Part shown: piece by piece, positions 59,301 through 64,000 of the stretch
Numbering within the stretch: position 1 is the first letter of the stretch
How the letters are laid out: every line of letters begins with the position of its first letter
Assembly (NCBI GenBank): GCA_964016885.1
Contig: OZ024741.1
Span: forward strand, 377,332,001 to 377,396,000
DNA from: Eledone cirrhosa
Lineage: Eukaryota
DNA: 64,000 nucleotides
Direction of reading: 5' to 3'
Made by a program: the position numbers and the translations under genes
Notes under the pieces: model-generated
What the model saw: only the letters and a program-made list of their open reading frames with translations
Database searches by the model: none
What the model was told of the DNA's origin: nothing

Positions 59301-60859
59301 TACGTGAGGTCGTAAAAGTCAACCAGAACTATTTGAGATTCAAAAAATAAAAGTCGTATGACAGATGAACTTCAGCTTTTTAAAAGAGATGTTAAGAACA
59401 GGGTATTTTCATTTAAGCCATCAGCATTAAAGAATTATCTATACCAACCTACAACAACGTATAGTAAGTCTATCTACAAATGGCATGTTAGTACATGATT
59501 AAACATGTCAGCCAATTATTTCCATACACATTGTTATCCAATCAATGTAGAGTATCTGGCCATTTATCAAAGTGTACATGTGATATAATTTATTTTCCTC
59601 TTGTGAGGTGTAACTCCTATCAAGTCTTATCTGTGTGTTTCATACAAGTAGTTTTCTGTGGAACGCATTTTAATTTCTCTTTCAGTCAAGTGGAATTATT
59701 TCTCCTAGTACCGACTAAAGCCAAGATATCTAGGAAGAGAATATATACATTTTTTAATCGATATACTCCAAAAGCATTATACACACCATTCCCATCTTGC
59801 TATATCAGACACCTCCACTAACAATACAAAGAGGACCTGCATGATCTAAGCCCGTATATAGAATCTTGTAGAGTTTATTTGCGCGCACGTGTATTCATGC
59901 AAGTATTGTTTTGGTGAAATGGAAGGTCGAGTTAGTGGCATTTGAATTCATAATTGTGAAGTCTCATTTTACATGTATTTATGTATTACTTTAGGTATTT
60001 ATAGTCTAGAACCGACAAATATTGAAGTTAAAATAACGATGACCAGATGAAACTCATCTGACGAAAATAATATAATGAATCTTGACGTATCTTCTCTGAG
60101 GAATTATATAAATAGCAAAGTTATTGAGAAGCAGAAACCTGAGAGAATTCAGAAGAAACAAGGGTTTTATTTTTAGTTAGCTATCAGCAATTTTCTTCAT
60201 CAGTTGACAGGTCTGTATGCAGAGACAGATGGAGATACAGTTTCGCTATTAACTATTTATGAACAGAAGTGACAAGGAGGAACTAGAAAAAGGCTTTTCA
60301 GACAATTGTTGATTGCATTATCTAAACATCACAACTGTATTATTTTTTCTAATACGCAAGATAAGTGAATTACATATAATACATATCCAAATATATTTCA
60401 AGGAAAACACTGGAAACTATAGCCAACAAAACAGCTTTTATATTGGAAAGAAATAAGTATTTAATCATGACATTTACTCTTTTTGCATTCATTTCTGAAT
60501 TTGTTTAAACCTCGAATTATTTCAAATGTTATTTCGTGGGGGATAGTGAATATCAATAACTTATCTAATCAGCGATCTGCATCATTTCACATTTCTGTCA
60601 ACGCTGACCAGAGTTAATTAACTGAAAAATAAGAAGCAATTTACGAAGTAGGTAGTTTGTAAATCATTGACATATACTAATTTCAAGTATGTAAACATTG
60701 TATGTCTCATGAAATTATTCATCACAATTGTACAATTAATGACATTCGGTTGAATAGGCAGATGAGGCCACGTGACGTGAAATGTGTTAATAGGAATGGA
60801 GGATCTTGGATCTGTGATAACTCAATCTAACATATGACGAATAGAGCCAATTTTTGATG

Positions 60860-61025
60860 AAAATGAAGCCAGACAAAAATGTATGTCCCATGAAGAATTT
60901 ATGCGTATGCTTATCCATGGAACACAATCACTGATAATTTGAGTGAACAGCGATAGATCATATGATGTACTAATTATGTTGAATATTGAGCTGAAGGTTG
61001 CACTGTTGATAGACAATTCCTTACA
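60860..61025 (+). pseudogene. Possible pogo/Tigger DDE transposase remnant
   Basis: LNIELKVALLIDNS resembles the pogo RK(V/I)LLL(I/L)DN motif. Highly decayed; extent unknown. Confidence 0.35.
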
Positions 61026-61700
61026 ATTTACGACGTTTTGATATAATTACAACTATGATTCAAAACCTGATTTTCACTTTATACACTATTGAAAGTAAAC
61101 ACCTTATGCTAGCAATAATTGAATTGTTATTAGAAGTGCGTTGAAACATAATTTGCATTTCACAAACCATGTCTCTAAAGAAATTATTTACAGATATACT
61201 CTCGGGTATTTAGCATTTAACATAAATAATAAAAGTAAATAATTTGGTAGAGAACATACAAATTTAAAACACAGAGGCACCCAGGTCTGTCAGATCACTA
61301 CAACACGGGAATTTAATACAACTGGATCAACAAAATAATACTGGCGTTGATAACTAACCGTGAAACAGGTAACTTCAAATTGAATTAATTTTGTTAAAAT
61401 ATAAACAATATATTTATTATTATTGTCTCATTATATTGCATTACGACATAAATAAGTTGCATAACATAAATGAAAATTGGCTACACATTACAATTTGTTT
61501 GTTATTGTTGGAGAAGCCGAGTTGTATGCAGAGAGATGACATAAACTACCACACAACATACATTGAATCAGATTAAATTGGATTTAAATATAATGTAAGT
61601 GGAAATTGCAAAAACTACTTTTGCATCTCCATCTTTATAAGCTAATAAATGTGCTCTTATATATATATATATATATGTGTGTGTGTCTGTGCGGGCTTGG

Positions 61701-61738
<38 letters not shown>

Positions 61739-61879
61739 GGCTGGTGGTAGCTAAGATGATTCCATAGGCGGTATGCCGGTTGAGCACTCTATGCTCTTAC
61801 AGAGCAGAGTATGATAGAATAGAAAACGAAAAATCAGTGATGTCTGAACTCAATTTATTTTGTGTTACAATTATTTCAC

Positions 61880-62440
61880 CGGCGGACAGCTCGAGACGCA
61901 ATCATTGTGTGGATCTGTCTGATTCTAGATCTGCGGGGCAAATAAAAATGTGCTAACAACAGCCGATATTAGCAATCGTATTCTTTCTGTAATTATCCAA
62001 GATTCATGACCATAGGTTGGAGTTGATACGAATGCCGAATTGAAGATAGTGAGTTTGGCTTTTACACCTTACTTGCTGATTATCGAATGTTAAAGCTGGC
62101 AAATTACTGCACCAGCTCCATCAATTATTGCGATGAATTAAGCCTCCTGCCTTCCATTACTCGTGATCACCGCCCCGAGATACTTGATCTGCTCCTCCTG
62201 ATTCAGTAGAACTCCATTCAAGTATAGAGTGTACTGTGCAGGATGGTTTGGGATGACGAGTATCTTTCGCAACACTGATATTCATTCCAGTCATTCCAGC
62301 ACTCGGCATCCTACGTATCAAATGCAAGTCAGTGATCATTTTCTGTCGAGGTGAGTAGCACTATGTCGTCTGCAAATTCAAGCCGACAGATTTTACACCC
62401 GGCAGTCATGATACCACTTCAAACGTAGCTGCACATGTCG
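61880..62440 (-). pseudogene. RTE-clade (Expander/Rex3-like) RT fragment
   Basis: ICRLEFADDIVLL and AKLTIFNSAFVSTPTYGHESWIITERIR, read on the minus strand. Confidence 0.8.
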
Positions 62441-64000
62441 ATCCCATAAATTCCTTATCATTATGATTATTTTCATGGAATAAGCATATCAAATACCTAG
62501 GAAACTAAGTAACATTAAGATCTGTTTTTAAAGAATAGTATTACTTTGTGAATTAGAAAATCAATGAGACAAGAAGTGACAATTTTAAGTTTATTACCTC
62601 ACACAAATTATTAAATAAGTATTTACTTGAAAGCAAATGCTATGAACTCATTTAGAAATTATCATTAGTGAGTAACATGTATACACGTTGAAATCGCCTA
62701 TCTATTGACATGGTATTCAAAACAATTAACCACAAATATATATTTGAACTGGTTTCATTTTACAAAGGAAGCAGGCATGAATAGAATACGAACTTTTACA
62801 AATTACAAATGAACGGAATATCAAGGTGGTTAAAAAAAGCATAATACAGTAATGTATATTAAGTTTGTTTAGAAATTGAAAGCTAACACAAATTTGGCTC
62901 TTTCTATAGTTCGTTACATATCCATGGGAACATTGAGGGTTTGAAACAAATATAAAGGTGAATATTGAGTTGAGAAGATAGCCAATATCAGTTTGCACAT
63001 GCTTTCAAACCCTTCTCTAATATCAATCATAGACATATAGCTCCATTATTCAGAAATATAAATTATATACTGTATCATAAATGTACATAAGCACTGGTTA
63101 TATATGGCACTGTTATTTAAATAAAACTAACATATATACTTTGACTCTTGACTTTTATAAGTGATAAAGTGATATATCACGATGAAAACTCTCTTTTATC
63201 CATTACTTATTTAGCTTTATAACTTATTATAGATTACATATTACTGGTATAGCAGTGTTTGATATATGTTTCTCCCTTCAATATAACATTTCTTATATTC
63301 TGATCTCTTTCCCCTGGACTTTCATTTCGTTGGCAATCACTTCAATTTATATGAATCTAAAGAATCGTTTTCCTTGCAAACACTATTCACAGTTCATGTA
63401 ACATAGATATAGAACTATATAAATATATATATGAGATCAATGTTTAAATTCAACATGCAACGTAAATCACAGAAATTTTAATGTAATTCTATTGCATAGC
63501 ATAGAATCGTTTACGAAGCCACATAGCACTGATTAACATATTATGGTTCAATAAAACCAATAAGATCAAATTTTGAGGAAAGATATATCGAATAATATTT
63601 TTCCCAATACATCTAAAACCCTATGCACCATTTTAATCTACTTACCATAAATCTAATGTTGGTTAAGGTATTCTGTGACGTATTCAATTGGTATTTTAAT
63701 GGAATTAATCTAAAGGCATACTTCTTCGTCAATATTCATTCTTTCTTTCTCTCCTTCTTTATTTTTCGTTCGTCTCCATAATATTTCTTAGAAACTTTGA
63801 ATACTCGAGAGAATATTTGACAATAAATACTAATATATCGATCGTAGTGTAGTTGATGTAGATGAAGTGCTCTTTTCCTTTTCAACTTATCAGAGAAATA
63901 TATGCATAATAGAAAGCCATTATTGGAATAATATTGACGAAAACTTCTTAAATGTCATTAATAATATATTTGTTTCAATGTTTGGTGGACTTCTTCGTCC

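Noticed and set aside
56350-64000. Short ORFs and isolated splice-acceptor-like tracts (e.g. 57125-57141) as host exons
   Set aside because: No recognisable protein similarity or consistent exon chain. Small host exons cannot be excluded without RNA data.

Overview
AT-rich eukaryotic, repeat-dominated genomic DNA. I found no credible host exon, rRNA or tRNA gene, and no prokaryotic feature. The tRNA-derived SINE resembles, from memory, the dominant octopod cephalopod SINE; this taxonomic guess is unverified. The window is a nest of retroelements that appear to divide up microsatellite targets. (TAA)n/(ATT)n tracts hold three families of R4/Dong-like RLE LINEs (one with an open 1129-aa ORF), an APE-type Tx1/L1-like LINE in the opposite polarity, and a SINE whose 3' end and TSDs match that Tx1 family. 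A sister Tx1-like LINE sits in (CTAT)n. Penelope-like elements (PLEs) end in (TA)n, carry hammerhead-like motifs (one variant shows stem covariation), and are associated with repeated fold-back inversions. Also present: a non-autonomous Helitron with an internal minisatellite, RTE and CRE fragments, and weak pogo-like remnants. All alignments and coordinates were done by eye, so boundaries are approximate (a few nt, more for old fragments), and I could not check novelty against databases.
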